NCBI GenBank assembly: GCA_947488765.1
Contig: CANLAE010000009.1
Coordinates: 26,045-90,044, forward strand
Length of the DNA: 64,000 nucleotides
Direction of reading: 5' to 3'
From: Chitinophagaceae bacterium
Lineage (GTDB): Bacteria > Bacteroidota > Bacteroidia > Chitinophagales > Chitinophagaceae
This document shows positions 11,179 through 20,637 of this stretch, one piece after another. Made by a program: the position numbers and the translations under genes. Numbering within the stretch: position 1 is the stretch's first letter; every line of letters starts with the position of its first letter. The notes below the pieces were generated by a model. The model was given only the letters and a program-made list of their open reading frames with translations, had not been told where the DNA came from and did no database searches.

Positions 11179-12054
11179 ATGCTATACTCAATGACAGGTT
11201 ATGGTCGTGCAGAACAAATGATAGGTGATAAAACATTTTTAATTGAAATCAAGTCGCTTAATGGTAAACAGTTTGACCTTCGTTTAACACTTCCGGCTTT
11301 ATTAAAACCGTATGAGTTTGAGGTAAGAAATTTGTTGAATGAAGGGTTAGAACGTGGAAGCGTAGAATGTATGATTACTATTAAATCAAATGGCGCATCA
11401 AGGCCTGTTACAATTAACACGGATTTGCTGAAGGCCTACTACACAAGCGTTACAGCAGTTGCAAAAGAATTGAATGCAGATGTTGATCAATTGCTTGCTG
11501 CTATTTTAAGGCTGCCTGAAGTTGTAGTAAATTCTACCGAAATGCTTCATGAAAATGATTGGAATCTTTTTAAAGGGGTATTACAAACTGCTATTGCGAA
11601 TTTAAATGCACATCGTGAAGATGAAGGAAAATCTTTAATAGCTGATTTGCTTCAAAAGCTTGCCAACATTGAATTACATCAGGAAAATATAAAAGCCTTA
11701 GAGCCTATCAGAAGAGAAAAAATTAAGGAAGGGTTATTAAAAGTTTTGCATGAAAATGTTGGCAAAGAGAATTATGATGCCAACAGATTTGAGCAGGAAT
11801 TGATTTATTACATTGAAAAAATTGATATCAGCGAAGAACAAGTAAGACTAAAAAACCATTGTGAATATTTTAGAAGTATTTTGGCAGAGCAAGCAAAATC
11901 AAAGGGCAAGAAATTGTCTTTTATTTTACAAGAATTTGGCAGAGAAATCAATACTACGGGCAGCAAAGCCAATAATGCAGATATTCAAAAGCATGTAGTA
12001 CAAATGAAGGATGATTTGGAAAAAATGAAAGAGCAAATTTTAAATGTTTTATAA
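11179..12054 (+). CDS. yicC: YicC family stress-induced protein
   Basis: 291 aa. N-terminal SMTGYGRAE and C-terminal EFGREINTTGSKAN are YicC/TIGR00255 signatures. Confidence 0.85.
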   Translation: MLYSMTGYGRAEQMIGDKTFLIEIKSLNGKQFDLRLTLPALLKPYEFEVRNLLNEGLERGSVECMITIKSNGASRPVTINTDLLKAYYTSVTAVAKELNADVDQLLAAILRLPEVVVNSTEMLHENDWNLFKGVLQTAIANLNAHREDEGKSLIADLLQKLANIELHQENIKALEPIRREKIKEGLLKVLHENVGKENYDANRFEQELIYYIEKIDISEEQVRLKNHCEYFRSILAEQAKSKGKKLSFILQEFGREINTTGSKANNADIQKHVVQMKDDLEKMKEQILNVL

Positions 12055-12117
12055 AACGATATTTTTAGTAACTCAATACATATACAGTAAATTTATCTTT
12101 GTAATAAAAATTATACT

Positions 12118-12576
12118 TTGAAAGCAAATTGTTTTTTATTGTCACTAATATTAATGCTTAATGCATGTACTACAATCGATGTATTTGAACAAAGCAAACC
12201 TTTCCCAAATCATCAATGGAAATCTTCTGAGATGCCTTCATTTACTTTTGAAATAAAAGATACTGCGGCATTTTATAATTTATTTGTTGTGCTTAGGCAT
12301 GAAGATGCTTACCGGTATAAAAATATTTGGTTGAATGTTCAAATGAAATCTCCTGATTCTACCATTCAAATTAAAAGAGAATTTATACTTTCTAACAATA
12401 GCCAATGGTTGGGTAGCACCATGTCTGATATTGTAGAACATAGAATTACTTTTAATAAAACACCTGCACGTCTTGTCAAAGGGAAATATACATTTACACT
12501 ACAACAAGCAATGCGTGAAGATCCGCTGGGTTATATTTTAAATGCCGGCATTCGTGTAGAAAAAATGAAGCCATGA
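12118..12576 (+). CDS. gldH: Gliding motility / T9SS-associated lipoprotein GldH
   Basis: 152 aa with a TTG start. Lipoprotein signal LILMLNAC. The FYNLFVVLRHEDAYRYKNIWLNV and KGKYTFTLQQAMRE...GIRVEK blocks match my recollection of GldH family conservation. Confidence 0.65.
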   Translation: MKANCFLLSLILMLNACTTIDVFEQSKPFPNHQWKSSEMPSFTFEIKDTAAFYNLFVVLRHEDAYRYKNIWLNVQMKSPDSTIQIKREFILSNNSQWLGSTMSDIVEHRITFNKTPARLVKGKYTFTLQQAMREDPLGYILNAGIRVEKMKP

Positions 12577-13553
12577 GTTTCATCAAAAAAAAATTTGCAC
12601 TAGTTACATTGGTATATTGGGTATTGCTATTGTACATGGTAAGTGCATTACTGTGGTGGTTTATTGCATTAAACAATCAAAATTATGCAATGGCATCTAT
12701 GCGGATAGCAGATATAAATAAAGATGATCCAGCATACCTTCAAAAATTAGCAATCATTGAATCTTCGAAGCAACGAAAAACTACACAGTATATTGGGGAA
12801 GGGACAACATTTTTTGTACTCATTGTTATTGGCGCTGTATTTGTATATCGGGCAGCTCGAAAACAAATTAAATTATCTGTACAACAACAAAATTTTATGA
12901 TGGCAATTACCCATGAATTAAAAACACCAATTGCCATTACACAACTTAATTTGGAAACACTCCAAAAAAGAAAACTGGAAGAAATACAGCAGAATAAATT
13001 AATTCAAAATACCATTCAAGAAGCCAATAGGCTTAATACTTTATGTAATAATATTTTATTAGCAGCCCAAATAGATGCAGGAAGCCTACAAGCCAATCAC
13101 CAGGAAATTAATTTTTCAGAATTACTGCAAACTTGTGTTCAGGATTTTACAATACGTTATCCACAAAGGAAATTTATTGTAAAAATTCAAAACAACATTT
13201 TTATGTTGGGCGAAGAATTGTTATTGCAAATGCTGGCAAATAATTTGATAGATAATGCTTTGAAATATTCTCCAAAAGATGCAGATATTGATATTGCTCT
13301 AAAAGAAGCCAATCATCAAATTCAGTTTAGTGTAGCAGACAATGGCATTGGTATTTCTGCTGATGAAAAGAAAAAAGTGTTTGATAAATTTTATAGAACC
13401 GGTGATGAAAATACACGCATGACAAAGGGAACAGGACTCGGATTGTACCTTTGTAAAAAAATTGTTGAAACACACAAAGGATACATTTCTGTGACAGATA
13501 ATTTGACACAGGGAACTATTTTTACAGCCTCATTTACCGCAACGAATGGTTAA
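12573..13553 (+). CDS. Sensor histidine kinase (two N-terminal TM helices, no obvious extracytoplasmic sensor domain)
   Basis: 326 aa. H-box ITHELKTPIA, N-box NLIDNALKYS, and G-boxes DNGIGI and GTGLGL. Its ATG overlaps the gldH TGA (ATGA at 12573-12576). Confidence 0.85.
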   Translation: MSFIKKKFALVTLVYWVLLLYMVSALLWWFIALNNQNYAMASMRIADINKDDPAYLQKLAIIESSKQRKTTQYIGEGTTFFVLIVIGAVFVYRAARKQIKLSVQQQNFMMAITHELKTPIAITQLNLETLQKRKLEEIQQNKLIQNTIQEANRLNTLCNNILLAAQIDAGSLQANHQEINFSELLQTCVQDFTIRYPQRKFIVKIQNNIFMLGEELLLQMLANNLIDNALKYSPKDADIDIALKEANHQIQFSVADNGIGISADEKKKVFDKFYRTGDENTRMTKGTGLGLYLCKKIVETHKGYISVTDNLTQGTIFTASFTATNG

Positions 13554-14247
13554 TAAAGCAACGATATTATTGGTAGAAGACGAAGAAAATTTGCATGAAG
13601 CGCTCAAGCTGAATCTTGAATTGGATGGCTATGAAGTTACAAGTGCTTACGATGGCAAACTAGCTTTGGAAGCAGTTAACAAAGAGTTTTTTAATTTGAT
13701 TATTTTGGATGTGATGTTGCCTGAGGTAGATGGGATTACAGTTGCAGAAAATATTCGGGTGCATAATAATGAAGTACCTATTTTAATGCTGAGTGCAAAA
13801 AACACAAGTGCCGATAAAATTCTTGGTTTAAAAAAAGGGGCAGATGATTATCTAACTAAGCCATTTAATCTAGAAGAATTATTACTCAGGGTTCAAAAAT
13901 TAATTGATAAAAGCAATCGATTACAACAAAAACAAACTATTGGTAATACGTATAGTTTTGGGAACAATACTATCAACTTTAATGCACAAGATGCCATAAC
14001 CTATAACGGCGAAAAAATTGCTTTAAGCAAAAAAGAAGCATTACTGCTGAAGTTGTTGATTGAAAATAAAAATGAAGTAGTAACAAGAGAAAAAATATTA
14101 CAAATTGTTTGGGGGTATAATGTATATCCTACTACTAGAACCATTGATAATTTTATTTTGAGTTTTCGGAAATATTTTGAAGAGGACAGCCGTAATCCTC
14201 AATACTTTCATAGTATCAGGGGATTAGGATACAAATACACGGATTAA
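13546..14247 (+). CDS. OmpR/PhoB-family response regulator
   Basis: 233 aa. Receiver domain (LLVEDE...ILDVMLPEVDG...KP) plus a C-terminal winged-helix (RTIDNFI...IRGLGYKY). It overlaps the kinase by 8 nt. Confidence 0.9.
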   Translation: MVNKATILLVEDEENLHEALKLNLELDGYEVTSAYDGKLALEAVNKEFFNLIILDVMLPEVDGITVAENIRVHNNEVPILMLSAKNTSADKILGLKKGADDYLTKPFNLEELLLRVQKLIDKSNRLQQKQTIGNTYSFGNNTINFNAQDAITYNGEKIALSKKEALLLKLLIENKNEVVTREKILQIVWGYNVYPTTRTIDNFILSFRKYFEEDSRNPQYFHSIRGLGYKYTD

Positions 14248-14305
14248 TTTTTTTCTTTAACGCTCACTTACTTACTAAAATATTCATCTCCCTTATCTTC
14301 GCCGT

Positions 14306-15337
14306 ATGGAAAGTTTAATTTTGAAAATACAAAACTACAAGCAGGAAATTGATGCAACAATTGTATCAGATGCAAATGCTGTAGAAGAGTTCAGAATAAA
14401 GTGGTTAGGCACAAAAGGCATTTTGAAAAGCATTATGGGTGAAATGAGAAATGTTGCTGCCGAACAAAAAAAAGAAGCAGGACAAATGCTGAATGATTTT
14501 AAACTTTTTGTTGAAGAAAGGTTTGAAAGTTATCAATCCATTAAATCAAATATAACTCAGGAAAATATTAATCAAATAGATTGGAGTTTGCCCGGAAGTC
14601 CCATTCCTATTGGTTCACGTCATCCTTTAAGTGTAGTAAGAAATAAAATTGTTTCCATATTTCAACGATTGGGATTTGCAATAGCTGAGGGCCCAGAGAT
14701 AGAAGATGATTGGCATAATTTCGGTGCAATGAATTTACCCGAAGATCATCCTGCACGTGATATGCAAGATACTTTTTACATTAGCCAAAATCCGAGCTGG
14801 TTGTTGCGTACACATACAAGTAGCGTTCAGGCACGTGTAATGGAAAATCAAAAACCGCCAATAAGGGTTATTTGTCCGGGACGTGTATACAGAAATGAAA
14901 CAATCAGTGCAAGAGCACATTGCTTTTTTCACCAGGTGGAAGGGTTATACATTGATGAGAATGTAAGCTTCGCAGATTTGAAACAAACATTGTACTTTTT
15001 TGTACAAGAAATGTTTGGCAAAGATGTTAAAGTGCGTTTTCGTCCAAGTTATTTTCCATTTACAGAGCCAAGTGCCGAAATGGATATCAGCTGCTTAATT
15101 TGTGAAAGTAAAGGATGCAATGTTTGTAAGCATACCGGATGGGTAGAAATTTTAGGAAGCGGAATGGTGCATCCTAAAGTATTGGAAAACTTTGGCATTG
15201 ACAGCAATAAGTACACCGGATTTGCTTTTGGTATGGGCGTAGAAAGAATTTGTCAGTTGAAATATCAAGTCAACGATTTAAGACTTTACTCACAAAATGA
15301 TGTGCGGTTTTTAAAGCAGTTTACGGGACTTGTGTAG
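14306..15337 (+). CDS. pheS: Phenylalanine--tRNA ligase alpha subunit
   Basis: 343 aa. Class II synthetase motifs (HPARDMQDTFY, RNE...HQVEG, GFAFGMGVERI) are typical of PheS. Confidence 0.95.
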   Translation: MESLILKIQNYKQEIDATIVSDANAVEEFRIKWLGTKGILKSIMGEMRNVAAEQKKEAGQMLNDFKLFVEERFESYQSIKSNITQENINQIDWSLPGSPIPIGSRHPLSVVRNKIVSIFQRLGFAIAEGPEIEDDWHNFGAMNLPEDHPARDMQDTFYISQNPSWLLRTHTSSVQARVMENQKPPIRVICPGRVYRNETISARAHCFFHQVEGLYIDENVSFADLKQTLYFFVQEMFGKDVKVRFRPSYFPFTEPSAEMDISCLICESKGCNVCKHTGWVEILGSGMVHPKVLENFGIDSNKYTGFAFGMGVERICQLKYQVNDLRLYSQNDVRFLKQFTGLV

Positions 15338-15504
15338 TTATTAAGTATTAGATGATAGGTTGATAATTGCCTAGGAATTATATGCAATCATTTATTGTTT
15401 CTATAACTTGCTTTTTTTATACAATATAACGTATCAATATTTTTAAAATTGAAACTACTTTGTAATTACCGCTAAAAACCTACTTACGCCACCAAACTAT
15501 TACT

Positions 15505-17091
15505 GTGAAAAAAAATCAGTTACTGGGTCTCTCCTTATTAAGTGGAATTTTATTATGGGCTTCATGGCCTGCATTATCATTCACTTTTTTGATTTTTTTT
15601 GCATGGGTTCCATTGTTAATGGTTGCTGATAATGCAACCAAAAGACTTTCTTTTTTTCTGTATTCCTTTATTGCTTTAATAATCTGGAATACATTAACAA
15701 CTTGGTGGATTTGGAATAGTACCGATGTAGGTACAATTGCAGCAATTTTAACTAACAGTTTACTTATGTGTATTCCTTGTTGGGGATATCATTTTTTCAA
15801 AAACAGATTTAGCAAACCAATAGCTTATCTTTCTTTTGTTGCAAGTTGGATGTTATTTGAATATGTGCACCTCAACTGGCAAATCAGCTGGCCATGGCTT
15901 ACACTGGGAAATGTATTTGCACAACAAACACAATGGGTTCAATGGTACGAATATACGGGTGTGAGTGGAGGAACTTTATGGATATTGGTTGTAAATATTT
16001 TTATTTTCAATAGCATTAAAAAATATAATACTCAAGGTCTGAAAGCCAGTATTGGCAATTGTTTTGGGTTTATAGCCTTAATGGGATTTCCTTTAATTGT
16101 TTCATTTGCATTACTGAAAAAAATTACTACAAGCAAGCAACATGATGTTGTAATTGTTCAACCCAATGTTGACCCATATCAAAAATTTGAAAGCAGTTCT
16201 GTCGCGGGTCAAATTGATCATTTGATTGAACTTTCAAAATCAAAATTAGATAGTAACACAAGCTTACTAATTTGGCCAGAAACAGCATTGGCAGCTAATG
16301 TTGAAATTACTGAAATTACAACAGCTACAATTTATCAGCCGGTATTTAATTTACTGCGGCAATACCCAAATCTCACTTTAGTAACAGGTATTGAAACCTA
16401 TAAAATTTTAGGTACAGAAAAAACAACCACCTCTGCACGTCAATCTCAGCAAGGGTTTTATTTTGATAGCTACAATGCTGCAATTGCTTTACATTATAAT
16501 GATTTACCCCAACTTTATTATAAAAGTAAACTTGTGCCGGGAGTAGAAACATTGCCATCCTTCTTAAATATTTTAGCACCTGTATTTGAACAATTTGGAG
16601 GTACAACGGGTGGTTATGCCAAAGACACTGCTTCACATGTTTTTAAAAACAACATTAATCCTTTCGTATCTGCACCAATCATTTGTTATGAAAGTATTTA
16701 TGGAGCTTATGTTGCAAGCTATGTACAAAAAGGAGCAAATTTAATTACCATTATTACCAATGATGGATGGTGGGGTAACACCCCTGGTCATAGACAGCAT
16801 TTACAATACGCAAAGTTGCGGGCTATTGAAACAAGGAGATTTGTTGCACGCAGTGCTAATACTGGTATCAGCGCTGTGATTGATGATTATGGAAACATTT
16901 TAGAAACCAAAGGATGGAACATTAGTGCAGTAATTAAACATGCAATTCCTATAACTACCGGACTCACTTTTTATGTATGTTACGGAGATTATTTGTATGT
17001 CATTTTTTCAATTTTAGCAGTATTATTTATACTCTGGAATTTTATTTTGTGGGTGCAGGAAAAGAAAAAGCAGCAAACAAAAATCCAATAA
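15505..17091 (+). CDS. lnt: Apolipoprotein N-acyltransferase
   Basis: 528 aa with a GTG start. Multi-TM N-terminus plus a C-terminal nitrilase-fold with WPE, ICYESIY and ITNDGWW motifs. Confidence 0.9.
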   Translation: MKKNQLLGLSLLSGILLWASWPALSFTFLIFFAWVPLLMVADNATKRLSFFLYSFIALIIWNTLTTWWIWNSTDVGTIAAILTNSLLMCIPCWGYHFFKNRFSKPIAYLSFVASWMLFEYVHLNWQISWPWLTLGNVFAQQTQWVQWYEYTGVSGGTLWILVVNIFIFNSIKKYNTQGLKASIGNCFGFIALMGFPLIVSFALLKKITTSKQHDVVIVQPNVDPYQKFESSSVAGQIDHLIELSKSKLDSNTSLLIWPETALAANVEITEITTATIYQPVFNLLRQYPNLTLVTGIETYKILGTEKTTTSARQSQQGFYFDSYNAAIALHYNDLPQLYYKSKLVPGVETLPSFLNILAPVFEQFGGTTGGYAKDTASHVFKNNINPFVSAPIICYESIYGAYVASYVQKGANLITIITNDGWWGNTPGHRQHLQYAKLRAIETRRFVARSANTGISAVIDDYGNILETKGWNISAVIKHAIPITTGLTFYVCYGDYLYVIFSILAVLFILWNFILWVQEKKKQQTKIQ

Positions 17092-17098
17092 AACACAG

Positions 17099-17890
17099 AT
17101 GTATCAAGCATTTCAATATCAGGGTAAAAATGTTTCATACCAAATGACAGGTGAAGGCAATGCAGTCGTTTTGCTGCATGGTTTTGGAGAAGACAGTACA
17201 ATTTTTAATCATCAGATTGATATATTAAAAGTCGATTGTTTATTAATCGTACCTGATTTACCGGGTTCCGGGTTATCTGATTTTAATGAACAACTTGATT
17301 CTATTGATGCATTTGCAACATGTATTCATGCGTTATTACAAAATCACAACATCGATAAGTGTATCATGCTTGGTCATAGTATGGGTGGCTACATAACATT
17401 GGCATTTGCGTCATTATTTCCATCTTATTTAAACAAATTTGGTTTAATACATTCTACTGCTTTTGCTGATTCAGAAGAGAAAAAAATCATTCGGCAAAAA
17501 GGAATTCCTTTAATGAATGAATATGGAAGTTTTGCATTTCTTAAAAATACAATTCCAAATTTATTCGGAGAAAAATTTAAAAAAAATCATGCTGAAAAAA
17601 TAGAAGCGCTAATTGAATTAAGCAAACAATTTTCTAAAGAAGCGTTGGTACAGTATTATAATATCATGATTTTGAGGAAAGACAAAACTCAAGTTTTAAG
17701 GAACAGCAAAATTCCGGTTTTATTTATTATTGGAACAGATGATGTTGCCATACCAAAAGATGATATATTGCAACAAACAACCTTACCGGATTTTTCGTAT
17801 ATTCATATTCTTCAAGAGGCAGGGCATATGGGTATGTGGGAAGCCACAGATCAACTAAACAAGTATCTTCTTGATTTTATTATCACCTAA
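17099..17890 (+). CDS. Alpha/beta hydrolase fold protein
   Basis: 263 aa. HGFG oxyanion region, nucleophile elbow GHSMGG, and a C-terminal GH catalytic histidine context. Confidence 0.8.
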   Translation: MYQAFQYQGKNVSYQMTGEGNAVVLLHGFGEDSTIFNHQIDILKVDCLLIVPDLPGSGLSDFNEQLDSIDAFATCIHALLQNHNIDKCIMLGHSMGGYITLAFASLFPSYLNKFGLIHSTAFADSEEKKIIRQKGIPLMNEYGSFAFLKNTIPNLFGEKFKKNHAEKIEALIELSKQFSKEALVQYYNIMILRKDKTQVLRNSKIPVLFIIGTDDVAIPKDDILQQTTLPDFSYIHILQEAGHMGMWEATDQLNKYLLDFIIT

Positions 17891-17899
17891 TATTTTTGC

Positions 17900-20512
17900 A
17901 TGAAGAAGTTCGTCTTCATCATATTATTTTATCTTTTTACAAGTCCAATAAATGCAAGACATGTAGCTGGAGGTGAATTATTTTATGAGTGGCTTGGTAT
18001 AGGATCAGCAGCAAACACTTACACTTATAAAGTTACACTTAGGTTATTCAGGGATTGCAATTCTACAGGTCCCTTATTGCAAAACGAACAAGTATCTGTT
18101 GGTGTTTATGAAAATAGTACACTAGCCTATACATTGCCATTGATTCTAACGGGAGGTGTAAACACAATACAACTTAACACATCTGCATTTCCTTGTTTGG
18201 TAGGCAGTGTAAATGTTTGTTATCAGGTAGCTTTATATACATCAACTATTGATTTGCCCATTAATGCTTCAGGTTATACATTAGCAAGAAGTGGTTGCTG
18301 CAGAATAAATAATATTACCAATACAACAGGGGGTAGTAATATTGGAAGTACCTATATCACAAAAATTCCCGGAACAAATACTTTGCCGGTAGGGCATAAT
18401 AGTAGTCCTGAATTTTATGTAAAGGATACGGCTTTGGTATGTGCAGGAAAAAATTTTACTTTAAACTTTGGAGCTACTGATATAGACAATGACCTACTTA
18501 CCTACTCATTTTGTGATGCTTATAATGCAAGTAGTGGCAGTAACAATTCCCCACCAGCAGCAACACTTTCTTTAATACCTGTGCCCTATGTTACCCCTTT
18601 TAGTGGGACAGATCCTTTAGCAGGAGTTGCTATTAATGGATCAACAGGAATTATTTCGGGAGTAGCTCCCGGAGTTGGTCAATATATTGTGAGTGTTTGT
18701 ATTACCGAATGGCGCAATTTGGTGGGTTTTACGGAACACAGAAAAGATTTTATTTTAAAAGTGCAAAGCTGTGATTTTATCGAAGCAGACTTACCAGATA
18801 AAATTATTCAATGCGATAGTTTTTTGGTCAATTTTCAAAATAATGCAAGTTCCTCTGCAATACAATCTTATTTGTGGAATTTTGGTGAACCTACATCTCC
18901 AAACAATATTTCAAATCAACCAACTCCTTCACATAACTATGCAGATACCGGAAGGTTTAAAGCTACCTTAATGGTTACAGGTCCAAATGGGTGCGAAGGT
19001 GTTGATAGTACTATCGTAATTGTATATCCTGGGTTTACACCAAATTTCATCATCAATGGCAGTTGTTTTCAAATACCATTTTTATTTAAGGATGCTACGC
19101 TTGCAGCTTATGGTATAGTAAATAAATGGACCTGGAATTTTGGAGATCTGAATACAAATACAGATACTTCTTCATTAAAAAACCCTTCCTATACCTATTC
19201 AGCACCAGGGTCTGCTACTGTAGAATTATTTGTTTCGAGCAGTAAAGGCTGCGAAAAAATAATTACAAAATTAGTAGATATAAGAGACAAGCCTTTAATC
19301 CAATTGCCTTTCAGAGATACATTAATTTGTTCTATCGATACATTACAATTATCAGCTACAGGCAGTGGTGTTTTTTCATGGTTACCCAATTACAATATTT
19401 TAAATGCAGCCACGGCTTTGCCAATTGTTTTTCCTAAAAAATCTACAACATATTTTATTACTTTAAATGAACAGGGATGTATTGGTACAGATTCAATCAG
19501 GATAAATACTTTAGATAGTGTTAGGGTGCAATTGGGTAGAGATTCTGCAATTTGTAAAACAGATACATTCAGATTAAAACCTGTAAGTGAAGCATTGCAA
19601 TATACTTGGAGCGCATCTTCAAGTGAAGTGGTACCTCCAATAAAATATCCATTGGTAAAACCCATGGTAATTACATTTTATTATGTGAACGCGGCTTTGG
19701 GAAAATGTTTTGACAGAGATACAATTTTGATAAAACCTGTACCTTATCCATCAAGCAAAGCTGGAGATGCTTCATTTGTTTGTTTCGGAAATAAGATACA
19801 GCTACAAGGTAGTATTATTGGTACTTCTTTTACATGGAGTCCCTCTAATTCTTTAATCAATGCCAACACACTTACACCTATTGCCGGACCTAGTAAAACA
19901 ACTTATTATTTTCTTGCTGCATCAGATACTTTGGGATGCCCTAAGATAGTAAAAGATAGTGTTTTAATTACTGTAATTCCTGTTGTAAAAGTATTTGCAG
20001 GAAGAGATACTGCTATTGTTAAAAATCAACCCTTACAATTAATGGCAAAGGTAAATTTTGATAATGGCATCAATTATTTATGGTCTCCTTCAACAGGGTT
20101 AAGCATTACAACTATTGCCAATCCTATTGCTATTTTAAATATTAATACCGACAGTATAAAATATAAAGTACGTGCAACAATTCCGGAAGGTTGCTTTGGT
20201 GAAGATGAAATTATTGTAAGGGTGTTTACAACCGAACCTGACATTTTTGTACCCACTGCATTTACGCCAAATAAAGATGGAAAAAATGATTTACTAAAAC
20301 CAACTTGTGTTGGAATCAGTCAATTAGATTATTTTAGAATATACAATCGTTGGGGACAATTATTATTTGAAACCAAGGATCCAGAGCGGGGATGGGATGG
20401 TTCTATTAATGGCGCTGAACAATCTTCTGGAACATTTGTTTTTATGGCTAAGGGTACAGACTATACAGGAAAAATTATTGTTAAAAATGGAACAGTAGTT
20501 TTGATTAGGTAA
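17900..20512 (+). CDS. T9SS type B sorting domain protein (large surface protein with PKD-like repeats), paralog 1
   Basis: 870 aa with a signal peptide. WNFGD PKD-like repeats. The C-terminus FVPTAFTPNKDGKNDLLKP...YNRWGQLLFE...GWDG...GTFVF is the gliding-motility-associated C-terminal domain (type B CTD, TIGR04131-like). Confidence 0.8.
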   Translation: MKKFVFIILFYLFTSPINARHVAGGELFYEWLGIGSAANTYTYKVTLRLFRDCNSTGPLLQNEQVSVGVYENSTLAYTLPLILTGGVNTIQLNTSAFPCLVGSVNVCYQVALYTSTIDLPINASGYTLARSGCCRINNITNTTGGSNIGSTYITKIPGTNTLPVGHNSSPEFYVKDTALVCAGKNFTLNFGATDIDNDLLTYSFCDAYNASSGSNNSPPAATLSLIPVPYVTPFSGTDPLAGVAINGSTGIISGVAPGVGQYIVSVCITEWRNLVGFTEHRKDFILKVQSCDFIEADLPDKIIQCDSFLVNFQNNASSSAIQSYLWNFGEPTSPNNISNQPTPSHNYADTGRFKATLMVTGPNGCEGVDSTIVIVYPGFTPNFIINGSCFQIPFLFKDATLAAYGIVNKWTWNFGDLNTNTDTSSLKNPSYTYSAPGSATVELFVSSSKGCEKIITKLVDIRDKPLIQLPFRDTLICSIDTLQLSATGSGVFSWLPNYNILNAATALPIVFPKKSTTYFITLNEQGCIGTDSIRINTLDSVRVQLGRDSAICKTDTFRLKPVSEALQYTWSASSSEVVPPIKYPLVKPMVITFYYVNAALGKCFDRDTILIKPVPYPSSKAGDASFVCFGNKIQLQGSIIGTSFTWSPSNSLINANTLTPIAGPSKTTYYFLAASDTLGCPKIVKDSVLITVIPVVKVFAGRDTAIVKNQPLQLMAKVNFDNGINYLWSPSTGLSITTIANPIAILNINTDSIKYKVRATIPEGCFGEDEIIVRVFTTEPDIFVPTAFTPNKDGKNDLLKPTCVGISQLDYFRIYNRWGQLLFETKDPERGWDGSINGAEQSSGTFVFMAKGTDYTGKIIVKNGTVVLIR

Positions 20513-20637
20513 TTTCTTTTTATATCGATTTGAAGAACTTTAAAGAAAATATTACATTGTTTATTTTAAATTAATATGCAGTTGAATGTTACATCTACAA
20601 CTTTTGTACATTTACCAGGCTGTAATTGGAAGTACTA

